Below the pieces are notes generated by a model. The model was not told where the DNA came from. It did no database searches and worked only from the letters and a program-made list of their open reading frames with translations. The position numbers and the translations under genes are program-made. A DNA stretch of 64,000 nucleotides from Promethearchaeota archaeon. Lineage in GTDB: Archaea; Asgardarchaeota; Lokiarchaeia; Sigyniarchaeales; SOKP01. The stretch covers positions 256,001 to 320,000 of the forward strand of contig JAHPZA010000010.1 of NCBI GenBank assembly GCA_019058445.1, written 5' to 3'. This document shows, in pieces, positions 39,498 through 49,496 of the stretch (position 1 is the first letter of the stretch; the number at the start of each line of letters is the position of its first letter).

Positions 39498-41009
39498 TTA
39501 TATTTTCGAATTTTTTTGCTCCATTTTCTTTAAAAATACTTTATCAATCTTCCTTGATATATTTTTAGGAAGTGATTTCATGAATTCTACTTGTTTGGGT
39601 ACTTTATGAATTGGAAAATATTGTTGACAGTGGGAGATAATATCCTTTTCTATAATTTTTGAGTTATCTGATAACGAAACAAACACCTTTAGAGCTTCAC
39701 CTAAAAGATCATCTTTGATTCCAATGATTGCTACTTCTACAACATCTTTAAGCTTCGAAATATGATTTTCTATTTCTTTTGGACCGACACGATGGCCTCC
39801 AACTTTAATGAAATCTGAAGCTCTATCTGTTAAATAGACATATCCCTCATCATCAACAATTCCAAGATCTCCAGTATAAAGTTTGCCTCCTTTCAAAATT
39901 TTTTTAGTTTCTTCAGGATCTTTCCAATAGCCCATCATAATATTACCTCCTGAAGCAACTATCTCACCAACCTCCCCAGGCTTAACGGGGAGACCCTGTT
40001 TGTTTAAAACTTCAATGTTTGTTCCAGGAATACCTTTTCCAATTGAACCTAACTTTGAATCTAACAGTTCTGGGGGTAAATATGATAACCTCGCCGTTGC
40101 TTCAGTTTGTCCATACATAACAAAGATTTTCGTTGTAGGTAAATAATTTTTTAATTCTTCGATATAGGTATTTGTCAATTTACCCCCTGCTTGTTGGATT
40201 AATCTGAGTGTTGGAAATTCCATTTTTTTCAAAGGGGATCTCCTTAATAGTATAGAAAAAACACTAGGAACACCAGCAAAATTCGTACATTCCTTTTCAT
40301 TAATCTCATTCAGAACTTTTCCTGGAAACATGAACATATTATTTAATACAATCTGACCTCCTACTCTTAGATGCGTATGTAATAGCGATGCCCCAAAGCA
40401 ATATGAAAATGGAAGTATTACCATTATTCGATCGAAGTCCTGTAATTGGAGATATTCTATGATTGAATTAGTATTATAACGGAGATTATAATGGCTCAAC
40501 ATAACTCCTTTAGGAGTGCCCGTTGAGCCAGATGTAAAGAATATAATTGCTAGATCATTTTTCTCTCCAATTTCTTTAATGAATCCCTCATTATTTTCCA
40601 AGGTGAAAATATTTACATTAGTATTTTTATCAGTATCAGAAAAAACTACTTTTGTATGAATCCCATAGCTAGTAAATCTTTTCCAGTATTTAGTTTGAAT
40701 GAAAAAAGTATTTATATCACAGCTTTGACATACAAATCGAAAATTTTCCCTACCAAAATCTGGATGGATGGGAACAACAACTCTACCGCTTCCAATAATT
40801 GCTAAATAGGAGGCAATAAAAAAGAAAGAATTATCTCCCATTAAAATTATATTTTCATCAGCTTTAGTTTTTAAAGAGTCTAATTTACCAATAATTTTCA
40901 CTACAAGTGAATAGAGTTCTGAATATGAAAGTACTTTATCTTTATGAAAAATTGCTATCTTATCATTCAAATCTCGCGATTTTTCAAAGAGATATTGTGT
41001 AAAATTCAT
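39498..41009 (-). CDS. AMP-binding (ANL superfamily) acyl-CoA/acyl-ACP ligase
   Basis: FTSGSTGTPKG, YGQTE, TGDLG, PK..SRKID. Confidence 0.92.
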   Translation of the reverse strand: MNFTQYLFEKSRDLNDKIAIFHKDKVLSYSELYSLVVKIIGKLDSLKTKADENIILMGDNSFFFIASYLAIIGSGRVVVPIHPDFGRENFRFVCQSCDINTFFIQTKYWKRFTSYGIHTKVVFSDTDKNTNVNIFTLENNEGFIKEIGEKNDLAIIFFTSGSTGTPKGVMLSHYNLRYNTNSIIEYLQLQDFDRIMVILPFSYCFGASLLHTHLRVGGQIVLNNMFMFPGKVLNEINEKECTNFAGVPSVFSILLRRSPLKKMEFPTLRLIQQAGGKLTNTYIEELKNYLPTTKIFVMYGQTEATARLSYLPPELLDSKLGSIGKGIPGTNIEVLNKQGLPVKPGEVGEIVASGGNIMMGYWKDPEETKKILKGGKLYTGDLGIVDDEGYVYLTDRASDFIKVGGHRVGPKEIENHISKLKDVVEVAIIGIKDDLLGEALKVFVSLSDNSKIIEKDIISHCQQYFPIHKVPKQVEFMKSLPKNISRKIDKVFLKKMEQKNSKI

Positions 41010-41251
41010 AACTCAACTCCATATTGTCTTAAAATTTCTTTCATAGCTCCCAGAGAGTCCATTTCAGTAATATCTTCCACATCTATCTCTATATTAAAAG
41101 TTTCTTCAAATCTACAGATTAATTCCATGTGAGATATGGAACTCCAAGTTTCAATATCATCTGGAGTTAGCTCATCTCCATCAATCACCGTATCTCGGTC
41201 GACTTCGAAAACTTCAGTAAGAATATCAATGAATTCTTCAAGTAGACTCAT
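41006..41251 (-). CDS. Acyl carrier protein
   Basis: 81 aa, acidic, four-helix pattern; ETWSSISHMELI...EETFNIEI corresponds to the WDSLxH phosphopantetheine site; 4-nt overlap with the ligase gene. Confidence 0.85.
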   Translation of the reverse strand: MSLLEEFIDILTEVFEVDRDTVIDGDELTPDDIETWSSISHMELICRFEETFNIEIDVEDITEMDSLGAMKEILRQYGVEL

Positions 41252-41443
41252 ATTAAATATATTAAATCAAAAGTTTTAAAAATTATTAATTCAATATTAG
41301 CTTTCTAATGAGGCTTTGAATTTGGTATCTTCTACTTATTGAATGGAAACCATACTGGCGTGAAAAAAAAAAAGTTTTTTTTATTTAATAGTATAATGTA
41401 AATTAATATAATTCATATTAATTCTAAAAAGGATGTACATTCT

Positions 41444-42091
41444 ATGAAAGTTTTAGCTATTGGCGTTCATCCTGATGATATTGAATTCGGAATGGGTGCG
41501 ACACTTGCAAAACATATACGTCTTGGTCATGAGATCTCAGTTGTGGTTTTAACTGATGGAAAAAGAGATGAGGTTGGAAGATATACTAAATCTCTTGATA
41601 GAAGAGAAGAATCGATTAGAGCATTAAAGATTTTAGGATACAATGACGAGATTAATTTCCTTAATCTCGCTAAAGTAAGTGTTTCCCAGTCTACGATTCA
41701 TGTGATAGAAAAAATAATTAATAAATTCAAACCAAATAGAATTTATACTCATTCTAGGAATGATCGACATCAAGATCACAGAAAATGTAGCTATGCTGTC
41801 TTAAGTGCTGGACGATATATAAGTGAAATACTTCTGTATGAAATATATTCTTCATTACCTGAATTTGTGCCAAATTATTTAATTTGCTTTTCAAAAGAAT
41901 TATTAGATTTAAAAATACAAGCCAATTCTGAATTTAAAAGTCAATTTCAAAATATGGATTTAATTGCTAAAATGATTGAAGGAATGGCAATTAAGAATAG
42001 CTTTATCACATATGCCACTCAGAGACAGGAAATCCAATATACTGAAGCTTTTGAGATAGCAAAAATCGTGAAGCAAAATAATGAAATTTAA
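41444..42091 (+). CDS. PIG-L/LmbE-family N-deacetylase
   Basis: HPDDIE, RREE, D.HQDH, EAF. Confidence 0.9.
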   Translation: MKVLAIGVHPDDIEFGMGATLAKHIRLGHEISVVVLTDGKRDEVGRYTKSLDRREESIRALKILGYNDEINFLNLAKVSVSQSTIHVIEKIINKFKPNRIYTHSRNDRHQDHRKCSYAVLSAGRYISEILLYEIYSSLPEFVPNYLICFSKELLDLKIQANSEFKSQFQNMDLIAKMIEGMAIKNSFITYATQRQEIQYTEAFEIAKIVKQNNEI

Positions 42092-42111
42092 ACCAGGAGG
42101 TTATTAATAAG

Positions 42112-43107
42112 ATGGCTAATTGGATTTTGAGAAAATTTATTGAAAAAGATTTTGAACAACTCTTAGAATGGAGAAAAGTAGTTGCTAGAAGAGATAAAAC
42201 TCCAGAGTATATTGATTGGGAGTATAAAAATGGTCCTTGGGGTCCTGCTGAGACATGGGTGGCAGATGATAATGGCAAACTTGTGGGACAATATTCTACT
42301 CAAAGATATGAAGCTTTTTATTTTGGTGAAAAGATGAAAGCTTCACAGAGTTTTGATACAGGAGCTCATCCAGAATATTTCCATCCTAAAAATAATATCT
42401 TTCAAGCACTTGGAAATAAATTTTTTGAAGAAGAAGCAAAACAAAATATCCATTTCTCAACAGGTTTTCCAAATCAATATTTTTTATTTGGTGGTCTAAG
42501 ATTTGGCTGGAAAATTGTTTGTTCAATTCCTTTATTAGAACATCATAATGTTAACCAATTAGCGATCAAAGAAAGTTCTCGATATAATATAATCCAAATT
42601 CATGAGTTTGATAATGAATTTAAATATTTTAGTGAAAATTTTAAGGACGAGATACCGATATATTTAAACAGAACTCAGAAATATTTAAATTGGCGATTTA
42701 GAGATAAACCAAATTTAGTAAATCCAAAACATCATTATGATTATTTAAAATACAAAATTCTGGATAAAACGGGTGAATTAGTCTCATATATAGTTACTAA
42801 ATATTACCCCTCAGATCAAGGAATGATTCTTCAGCTAATGGATTTTCTCATTCCTCACGAAGAAGAGATATATCAATCTATAATCGCTTTTTTGGTAAAA
42901 GAAGCTAAGAAGAAAAATATTAACAGTATTTCTTTATTTGTAAATCGATTTAATCATTTTAGTGAATTTTTAAAAAATCTCGGATTCAATTTTCCTAAAA
43001 CTAAACGTAAATTTATTGCTAGAAACAATACTAATGTGCTTGATGACAAAGATTTATTTGATGACAAAAATCATTTTATCACTATGGGAGACCATGATGT
43101 TTATTAA
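42112..43107 (+). CDS. GNAT-family N-acyltransferase (tandem GNAT fold)
   Basis: W.Y.NGP.G, LVGQY, DTGAHPEY, GFPN, R...YLNWRF..KP, C-terminal GDHD. Confidence 0.78.
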   Translation: MANWILRKFIEKDFEQLLEWRKVVARRDKTPEYIDWEYKNGPWGPAETWVADDNGKLVGQYSTQRYEAFYFGEKMKASQSFDTGAHPEYFHPKNNIFQALGNKFFEEEAKQNIHFSTGFPNQYFLFGGLRFGWKIVCSIPLLEHHNVNQLAIKESSRYNIIQIHEFDNEFKYFSENFKDEIPIYLNRTQKYLNWRFRDKPNLVNPKHHYDYLKYKILDKTGELVSYIVTKYYPSDQGMILQLMDFLIPHEEEIYQSIIAFLVKEAKKKNINSISLFVNRFNHFSEFLKNLGFNFPKTKRKFIARNNTNVLDDKDLFDDKNHFITMGDHDVY

Positions 43108-43324
43108 AATGGATTAGATTGAAAATATTTTTCATGAATTATTAAAACTCTCACAAGATTTTTTTAAGTTTAAGAAGTTTTGCTATTTTAAGCCTATACC
43201 TACCATTGAAAAAGATGAATTCTCCATTTCTGCCAATTCCTTCTATAATATCATCATCTGGTATTCTCATCACTTTACTATTTCCATAATTTACAATATT
43301 TCCTTCTAATTCCTTAAGTTTGGT
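43104..43324 (-). pseudogene. Remnant of a ParB/Srx-like domain protein
   Basis: Manual translation ...PDDDIIEGIGRNGEFIFFNGRYRLKIAKLLKLKKI / (frameshift) VRVLIIHEKYF resembles the ParB N-domain pattern DGxHRLxxAxxLxxxxIPVxV. Confidence 0.55.
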
Positions 43325-43419
43325 TTATAATTTAATTTATAAGATACGTTAATATGTATTCTAACAATAATAGTTATAAAAAAGTCCCTAGAAATCATTC
43401 ATTATAGTAGCTTTTTGAT

Positions 43420-44586
43420 TTATTTATTTAAAATTTCATTATAAAATGAATACTCTTTTTCGATAATTGTTCTAAATGAACAATTGTCTAAAATAAACTC
43501 TCTTGCCTGATTTGCCATACTTATCCTTAGATTTTTATCCCCATATACTTTAACAATTGCTTCTCGCATAGATTCTGGATTTGTCTCACATAAGTATCCA
43601 TTTTTCTTATGATTAATTATATTATTAATCCCTTGGATATTAGTTCCAATACAGGCAATTCCGCAGCTCATAGCTTCCAATAGTACTTTGGGATTTCCCT
43701 CATCAATCGAAGGTAATATAAAAATTTGATATTGATTCAAAATTTGTGGCAACTCCTTATTTGGAAAGAGACCAAGAAAATTAATATTAATGTTGTGTTT
43801 TTTGGCAATTTTTTCCATTTCTTCTCTATCCTCCCCTTCACCAATGATATCTAAATGAAAATCTTTCAATCCTATAAAAGCTTTTACTAAATTTATTACA
43901 TTTTTACCTCGACGTAAATTCCCAATATATATAATATGCTTATCCTTTTTTGTTATAGCAAGTGGTTTAAAAACAGATTCATCGATATAATTATAAATAA
44001 GTCGTATTCTGTTTTTTTTGTACTTTTTATTCAATCTATAATATTTAATTAAAAAAGGGATATCATAATCGCTTGTAACGATTATTCCGTCTGCCATTTT
44101 ATAAGCAAAAAGTTCAAATAGGAAAATAAAGGAATATCTCATTAGATATTTGATGTAACTCCTGAGATTATTTCTTTTAAATACATTTTTTGTTGCTCTT
44201 AACATTATAAATCCGGATCTAATTATAAGTTTTTTACCATATAGTATTTTCGCAATAAATGAAACCCAACTGCCATAGGTTTGAAAAGCTTTTATGATAT
44301 CAAAATTTACAAATAATTTCTTTAATCTAAATGGAAGAAATATTGATTTTATGAATTTGAGCAAAAAATTTTTAGAATTAACATATTTAGAGATCGGAAA
44401 TAAATGAATCCCTTCTACTAAATTAGCATAATTAAAATCTCTTTGATCCCCATATGTTAAAAAACCATATTCTACATTTTTATTTTTTAGTATTTCATTA
44501 TAAAAAGCATTTTCTCTAAAAATAATACCAGATTCATGCCAATCATATAGCGACATACCAAAGGTAAAAACTAGGAGAGCTTTCAT
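43420..44586 (-). CDS. GT4 glycosyltransferase
   Basis: NYID, YIGNLRRGKN, FILPSIDEGNPKVLLEAMSCG. Confidence 0.92.
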   Translation of the reverse strand: MKALLVFTFGMSLYDWHESGIIFRENAFYNEILKNKNVEYGFLTYGDQRDFNYANLVEGIHLFPISKYVNSKNFLLKFIKSIFLPFRLKKLFVNFDIIKAFQTYGSWVSFIAKILYGKKLIIRSGFIMLRATKNVFKRNNLRSYIKYLMRYSFIFLFELFAYKMADGIIVTSDYDIPFLIKYYRLNKKYKKNRIRLIYNYIDESVFKPLAITKKDKHIIYIGNLRRGKNVINLVKAFIGLKDFHLDIIGEGEDREEMEKIAKKHNININFLGLFPNKELPQILNQYQIFILPSIDEGNPKVLLEAMSCGIACIGTNIQGINNIINHKKNGYLCETNPESMREAIVKVYGDKNLRISMANQAREFILDNCSFRTIIEKEYSFYNEILNK

Positions 44587-44724
44587 TTTAATTAACTGAG
44601 GATAAATTATTCCAAAAGTATTGAGAAATAATAGTGATGGCCCTCATAATAATTTTTTATTATTAATTTTTTCGAGGCAATTATCTTAGATGAGAATGTG
44701 AGAATTAATAAATTAATTATTAAT

Positions 44725-45486
44725 TTATCTTTTAATCGCTTTAATCAAAACAATAGGATTAAAATCTCTTAAGAGATTTATGGGGATGAATTCCAATTCT
44801 ATTCTATTAAAAAATCGTTTAATTTCCTTAATAACGATTCTCCAATCAAAATTTTTATGTGGATTTTCTAATGTTCTAGGACCTGGTTTTTTTAATAATG
44901 CACTCTGTATTAATTCTTTTTTTGTGTAAGGCGGTCTATGAAATTTAGTAATCCTCCCGATAATTTCTCTCAATAATAATGATGGCCCAATTTCCACAGG
45001 GATTGTGCAAATAAATGAACCCTTTTTTTTTAAAATTCGAAAAATCTCTTCAATAGCAATAGATGGTTCTTTCACATGCTCTAAAACTTCCAAACAAAAA
45101 ATTGTATTAAAACTTTCATTTCTAAAGGGTAAAGCTAATCCATCTGAAGTCAATAAACTAATTTTTCTTGAATTAAATAGTACTTTTTTAGTGATAAAAT
45201 TAGATCTATGAATTAGCTCTTTATTGATATCAGTACCAACTATTTTCTTTCCATAATAATTAAGAGTTGGTAAAAATGGGCCATCAGCACATCCTACATC
45301 TAAAATTCGATAACTTTTGTTAAAATTTACTTTTTTTAATGCATAAATAAAGGGCATATAAGCGTAATATCTTATAAGAAAAAATTTTGAATTATAAAAT
45401 TCAAAAGAAGATTTGCCATCACTATCATAGAAAAGATTCTCTGTAATATATCTAAAAATTTTTTTAGTTTTTTTCTTTGAAGGCAT
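44725..45486 (-). CDS. Class I SAM-dependent methyltransferase
   Basis: ILDVGCADG, GTDI, LPF..ESF..IFCLEVLEHV, RILKKKG. Confidence 0.9.
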   Translation of the reverse strand: MPSKKKTKKIFRYITENLFYDSDGKSSFEFYNSKFFLIRYYAYMPFIYALKKVNFNKSYRILDVGCADGPFLPTLNYYGKKIVGTDINKELIHRSNFITKKVLFNSRKISLLTSDGLALPFRNESFNTIFCLEVLEHVKEPSIAIEEIFRILKKKGSFICTIPVEIGPSLLLREIIGRITKFHRPPYTKKELIQSALLKKPGPRTLENPHKNFDWRIVIKEIKRFFNRIELEFIPINLLRDFNPIVLIKAIKR

Positions 45487-45520
45487 AAAGCATTTATTTG
45501 TCTATAATTACCTTTTTATT

Positions 45521-46168
45521 TTATTCTAATACATATCTCATAACATAGAAAGCTTCAGCATATTCTGTTTCCACCTGCATTCCTCTAAATTTAGCTAAAC
45601 TGACATTAGACTCGATCCATTTTTCTTTACCATATTTATTATATTCTGTTTGATGTATCCTTAATGCTTCTTTCTTCTTCTCTATAAAGTCAGAGATGTC
45701 TATGTAATAATTTGGAATCATTAATCCAGAGGCAAAATTGAACATAATTTCAAATAAAAAAATATTTTTAACAAATCTTCGAGCACTAGCCATAGAAATA
45801 TTATGAGCAGCTCTGTGGTCTTGATGATAGGTATCTGGATTAGGATGGGTAAATATTGTTTTGATATTATGATCAATGATAAACTTTTGTAAATTTGATA
45901 TTGTTTCTTTGTTAACTTTAAGTTTAGTTGCTGGAATATCGGTATAATGTATGTTTTCTTCTTTTACCCCTAAAATTTTGAAACTCTTTTTCGTGGTTTC
46001 ATAGATCTCTTCAAAATTCCTTACCGGATTTTCATTTACATCAGTATATTCACCATTAGTTAAATGATAGCAATAAACTTCATATTTTTTCTTAATAAAA
46101 TAACAAATAGTACCAGCACAGCCGAGCTCTATATCATCGGGATGTGCTCCAATAAATAATAAAGACAT
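45521..46168 (-). CDS. PIG-L/LmbE-family N-deacetylase, copy 2
   Basis: GAHPDDIELG, HQDH, FRG....YAEAF. Confidence 0.9.
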   Translation of the reverse strand: MSLLFIGAHPDDIELGCAGTICYFIKKKYEVYCYHLTNGEYTDVNENPVRNFEEIYETTKKSFKILGVKEENIHYTDIPATKLKVNKETISNLQKFIIDHNIKTIFTHPNPDTYHQDHRAAHNISMASARRFVKNIFLFEIMFNFASGLMIPNYYIDISDFIEKKKEALRIHQTEYNKYGKEKWIESNVSLAKFRGMQVETEYAEAFYVMRYVLE

Positions 46169-46380
46169 ATTATTCTTTTTCTATAGTTTTAATTTGTTTA
46201 AATAATCATATATATAGTTTTAATGAATAACTGAATATAATAAATTTGATATTATCTGATTTGGTTTAAGTGCCCTCTTTTGAAAAAAAAGGGATCAAAT
46301 TTGTTCTTGATTTTTGAAAGACTTGAATACTAAAGATGAATAATAATACATATTGATCAAATGAACATAAAAGAAAGAGA

Positions 46381-47448
46381 ATGAAAATACCTCATAATAA
46401 ACCCTCAATCGATGATAATGAGATAGAAGCATTGAAAGAAGTAATTGAAAGTGGATGGATAGTTCAAGGGGAAAAAGTAAAAGATTTTGAAAATCAAATG
46501 TGTAATTATATTGGTTTAAAAAAAGGTTTTGGAGTAGCGTTATCAAATGGAACCTCAGCACTATATTTAGCCTTGAAGATTTTAGGTATTAATTCTCAAC
46601 TGGATGAAGTATTAGTGCCTAATTATGTATGTTCTGCTGTACTTAATGCAATTTTTATGAATAATGCTACTCCAGTCGTTGTGGATGTTGATGAAGTCGA
46701 TTTTAATATTAAATTTGAAAAAATTAAAGAGAAAATCAATAATAAAACAAAAGTAATCATAATTCCACATACTTTCGGCATTCCCGCTGATGTAATAAGT
46801 ATTAAAGAGTTAGGAATACCAATTATAGAAGATTGTGCCCAAGCATTAGGTTCAAAAATAAATGATAAACACGTAGGTTTATTTGGAGATATAGCAATAT
46901 TTTCTTTTTATGCAACTAAATTGATTACAACGGGTCAAGGAGGTATGATTATTTCAACAAACTCGGAATTCGTTGATAATGCACGGGACTATAGAGAATA
47001 TGATATGCGAAAAGATTATTATCCTCGTTTTAATTTTCAGATGACTGATATACAAGCAGCAATGGGAATAGTTCAATTAAAAAAATTTAATAATTTGTTA
47101 GAAAAGAGAAAAAAAATTGCATATAAATATATAGAAATATGTGAAGAGAAAAATTGGGATTATCAGAAAGCAAAATATTCCAATTTTACTCAAAATTGGT
47201 TTCGATTTGTACTAAAACAGGAACGAGATTTTATTCTTAAGCTCAAAAATAAACTCAATGAAATTGGGGTTAATTGTGTGATTCCTATTGAAAATTGGCA
47301 ACTTTTAAGTGAATATCTCAAGATGAATACAACTGACTTTAAAATTAGCCAGAAAATAACAGAAACAACTCTTTCGTTACCGATTTTTCCAGATTTAATA
47401 GATAATACTGATTTCGAATTAATATTAGAATTTCTAAGGGGAATTTAA
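46381..47448 (+). CDS. DegT-family sugar aminotransferase (4-amino-sugar synthase type)
   Basis: SNGTSAL, EDCAQALG, FSFYATK..TTGQGG, FNFQMTDIQAAMG. Confidence 0.9.
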   Translation: MKIPHNKPSIDDNEIEALKEVIESGWIVQGEKVKDFENQMCNYIGLKKGFGVALSNGTSALYLALKILGINSQLDEVLVPNYVCSAVLNAIFMNNATPVVVDVDEVDFNIKFEKIKEKINNKTKVIIIPHTFGIPADVISIKELGIPIIEDCAQALGSKINDKHVGLFGDIAIFSFYATKLITTGQGGMIISTNSEFVDNARDYREYDMRKDYYPRFNFQMTDIQAAMGIVQLKKFNNLLEKRKKIAYKYIEICEEKNWDYQKAKYSNFTQNWFRFVLKQERDFILKLKNKLNEIGVNCVIPIENWQLLSEYLKMNTTDFKISQKITETTLSLPIFPDLIDNTDFELILEFLRGI

Positions 47449-47449
47449 A

Positions 47450-48172
47450 ATGATTTTAACAGCACATCAACCAGCTTATTTACCTTGGCTTGGTTTTTTT
47501 CATAAAATCGCAATTTCAGATATTTTTGTAGTACTTGATAGTGTACAATATCAAAAAAATTATTTTACGAATCGAAATAAAATTAAAACGGCACATGGAG
47601 ATAGATGGTTAACTATTCCTGTCTTAACATCTGGGCATTTAAATAAAACAATAGCTGAAATGAATATCAATAATAATACCAAATGGCGGAAAAAGCACTG
47701 GAAAACAATCGAATTTAATTATAGAAAAGCTCCGTTTTTTGAAAAATATCGGGTTTATTTTGAAACATTATATCAGAAGAAATGGATCAATCTCTTTGAC
47801 TTACTTTATGAAAATATGATGTTTTTTATTAAGGAACTAGGTATTAAAACTAAAATCCATCTTCAGAGTGAATTCACATTTAAAGAGACAAAACAAGAGT
47901 TAATACTGGAAATGTGCAATTATTTCGATTCAGATGTTTTTGTTTTTGGAAAGGATGGCAAACGCTATGCTGATATAGATTTTTTCAAAAAGAACAATAG
48001 GAAAATCTATTTTCAAGATTACAAGCATCCTACATACCCACAATTATATGATGATTTTCTCTCTAATTTATCAATAATCGATTTGCTTTTTAATGTAGGG
48101 CCAAACAAAGCAATAGAAATTATCATGAAAGATAATGTCACAAAAAGCGATCTTATCAGAAATTATTCTTGA
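47450..48172 (+). CDS. wbqC: WbqC-family protein (putative aminoacyl/glycyl transferase for amino sugars)
   Basis: HQPAYLPWLGFF.K, D.VQY....TNRN, LTIPV, YPQ...F..NLSIIDLLFNVG. Confidence 0.92.
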   Translation: MILTAHQPAYLPWLGFFHKIAISDIFVVLDSVQYQKNYFTNRNKIKTAHGDRWLTIPVLTSGHLNKTIAEMNINNNTKWRKKHWKTIEFNYRKAPFFEKYRVYFETLYQKKWINLFDLLYENMMFFIKELGIKTKIHLQSEFTFKETKQELILEMCNYFDSDVFVFGKDGKRYADIDFFKKNNRKIYFQDYKHPTYPQLYDDFLSNLSIIDLLFNVGPNKAIEIIMKDNVTKSDLIRNYS

Positions 48173-48191
48173 TAGAATAAAATTAAGATTC

Positions 48192-49364
48192 TTAATTAGA
48201 GGTTTTGATTAACCTTTTATATACTGAAATCGTTTGTTTTACTACTCTTTTCCAGGAATAATAATCTTCTACTAATTTCCTTCCATTTTTTCCAAATTTT
48301 TCATACTCATTATTTTTTTTTATATCCTCTAGCTTACTAATTGCTTGATTTACATTTGTCTTTTCAAAAAGATATCCAGTTATTCCATTCTTAATCAATT
48401 CTGGATTCCCCCCCACATCTGACGCAATACAGGGTACTTCACAAGAAAGAGCTTCTAATAAGACGGTTGAAAGCCCCTCTGATCGAGTAATCACTACAAT
48501 TACAGTGCACATATTATAGAAATTTATCATTTCTTCGTGGGGTACTTTTTCATAAAAAACAATGGGATAATGTTCCATGGCTTTTTTGACATCTGAGAGA
48601 TACGGACCCTTACCTATTATTAAAAATTCTTGATTCTTATCAATTTCATTGTATTTTTTAATTAATTCTAAAAAAAGATCAATTCCGCTATAAGTGGAAA
48701 GTCTATTTATGTAACCTATAAATTTTCTTTTTAGATTGCTTACTTTCTTAAACATCTCGAGATCTATTGCATTTGGAATATAAAATGCTTTACTCTTATC
48801 TTTTAAATTTACCCTGAAAACTTCATGGGAAATTAGTAAATCTTCTTTACTTACACTAAATACAACGTCTGCTATTTTGAACATTATTTTACCAAAAGTA
48901 AGATCATAAAAATATTTTTTAAATAAAAATAAAAGTTTCTCGAGCATGTTAGTCGTTTGAGCTACATGATCTTCAAGTATTCCATGCAAATGTAAAATTA
49001 AGGGTATTTTCCTTCCAAACAATAATTTATAAAAAAAGGTTTGGATTGTGGAAAAATAAATATAAGAATGCACATGGATTAAATCATATCTCTTTCCATA
49101 TCTTAATAAGTATGTTAATACATTAAAAACAGGATTCTTCATTCGTAATGCATTATCATTATCTGCAAAAGCGTAGCATTTTTTCTTAATGACACGAAAA
49201 TTCTTGGAAAACTTTTCGCATTTAGTGCCCTTCTTTGTTAGAGAGGAGCATAGTAAATCAACTTGTATATTTTTTTCTCCAAGATATTTAGATAAGAACT
49301 TCGTGTAATGTGCTAAACCACCAAGATAATCCGGGGGAGATGGTGCTATTTGTAAGATTTTCAT
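48192..49364 (-). CDS. GT4 glycosyltransferase
   Basis: MKILQI...GG, IPNAID, SEGLSTVLLEALSCEVP...SDVGG. Confidence 0.92.
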   Translation of the reverse strand: MKILQIAPSPPDYLGGLAHYTKFLSKYLGEKNIQVDLLCSSLTKKGTKCEKFSKNFRVIKKKCYAFADNDNALRMKNPVFNVLTYLLRYGKRYDLIHVHSYIYFSTIQTFFYKLLFGRKIPLILHLHGILEDHVAQTTNMLEKLLFLFKKYFYDLTFGKIMFKIADVVFSVSKEDLLISHEVFRVNLKDKSKAFYIPNAIDLEMFKKVSNLKRKFIGYINRLSTYSGIDLFLELIKKYNEIDKNQEFLIIGKGPYLSDVKKAMEHYPIVFYEKVPHEEMINFYNMCTVIVVITRSEGLSTVLLEALSCEVPCIASDVGGNPELIKNGITGYLFEKTNVNQAISKLEDIKKNNEYEKFGKNGRKLVEDYYSWKRVVKQTISVYKRLIKTSN

Positions 49365-49496
49365 GAATTATTGTTGTAATTATTGATATAATAAATAATT
49401 ATAATTTTAAATTACTTCTGAAATTTACATTGTTCTAAGCATGAAGAGTGAAAAAATAGCAAGTTATTTTTTTTTCATTTTATTTTTTATCTTTAT

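Noticed and set aside
41040-41065. EMDSLG near the ACP C-terminus as the phosphopantetheine site
   Set aside because: Its position corresponds to the start of the last helix; the helix II site is WSSISH
34736-41251. NRPS/PKS, fatty-acid synthase or PHA cluster
   Set aside because: No ketosynthase, condensation domain or PHA synthase is present
43104-43324. Plasmid or prophage partition system
   Set aside because: Only a decayed fragment, with no parA, replication, integrase or phage genes nearby
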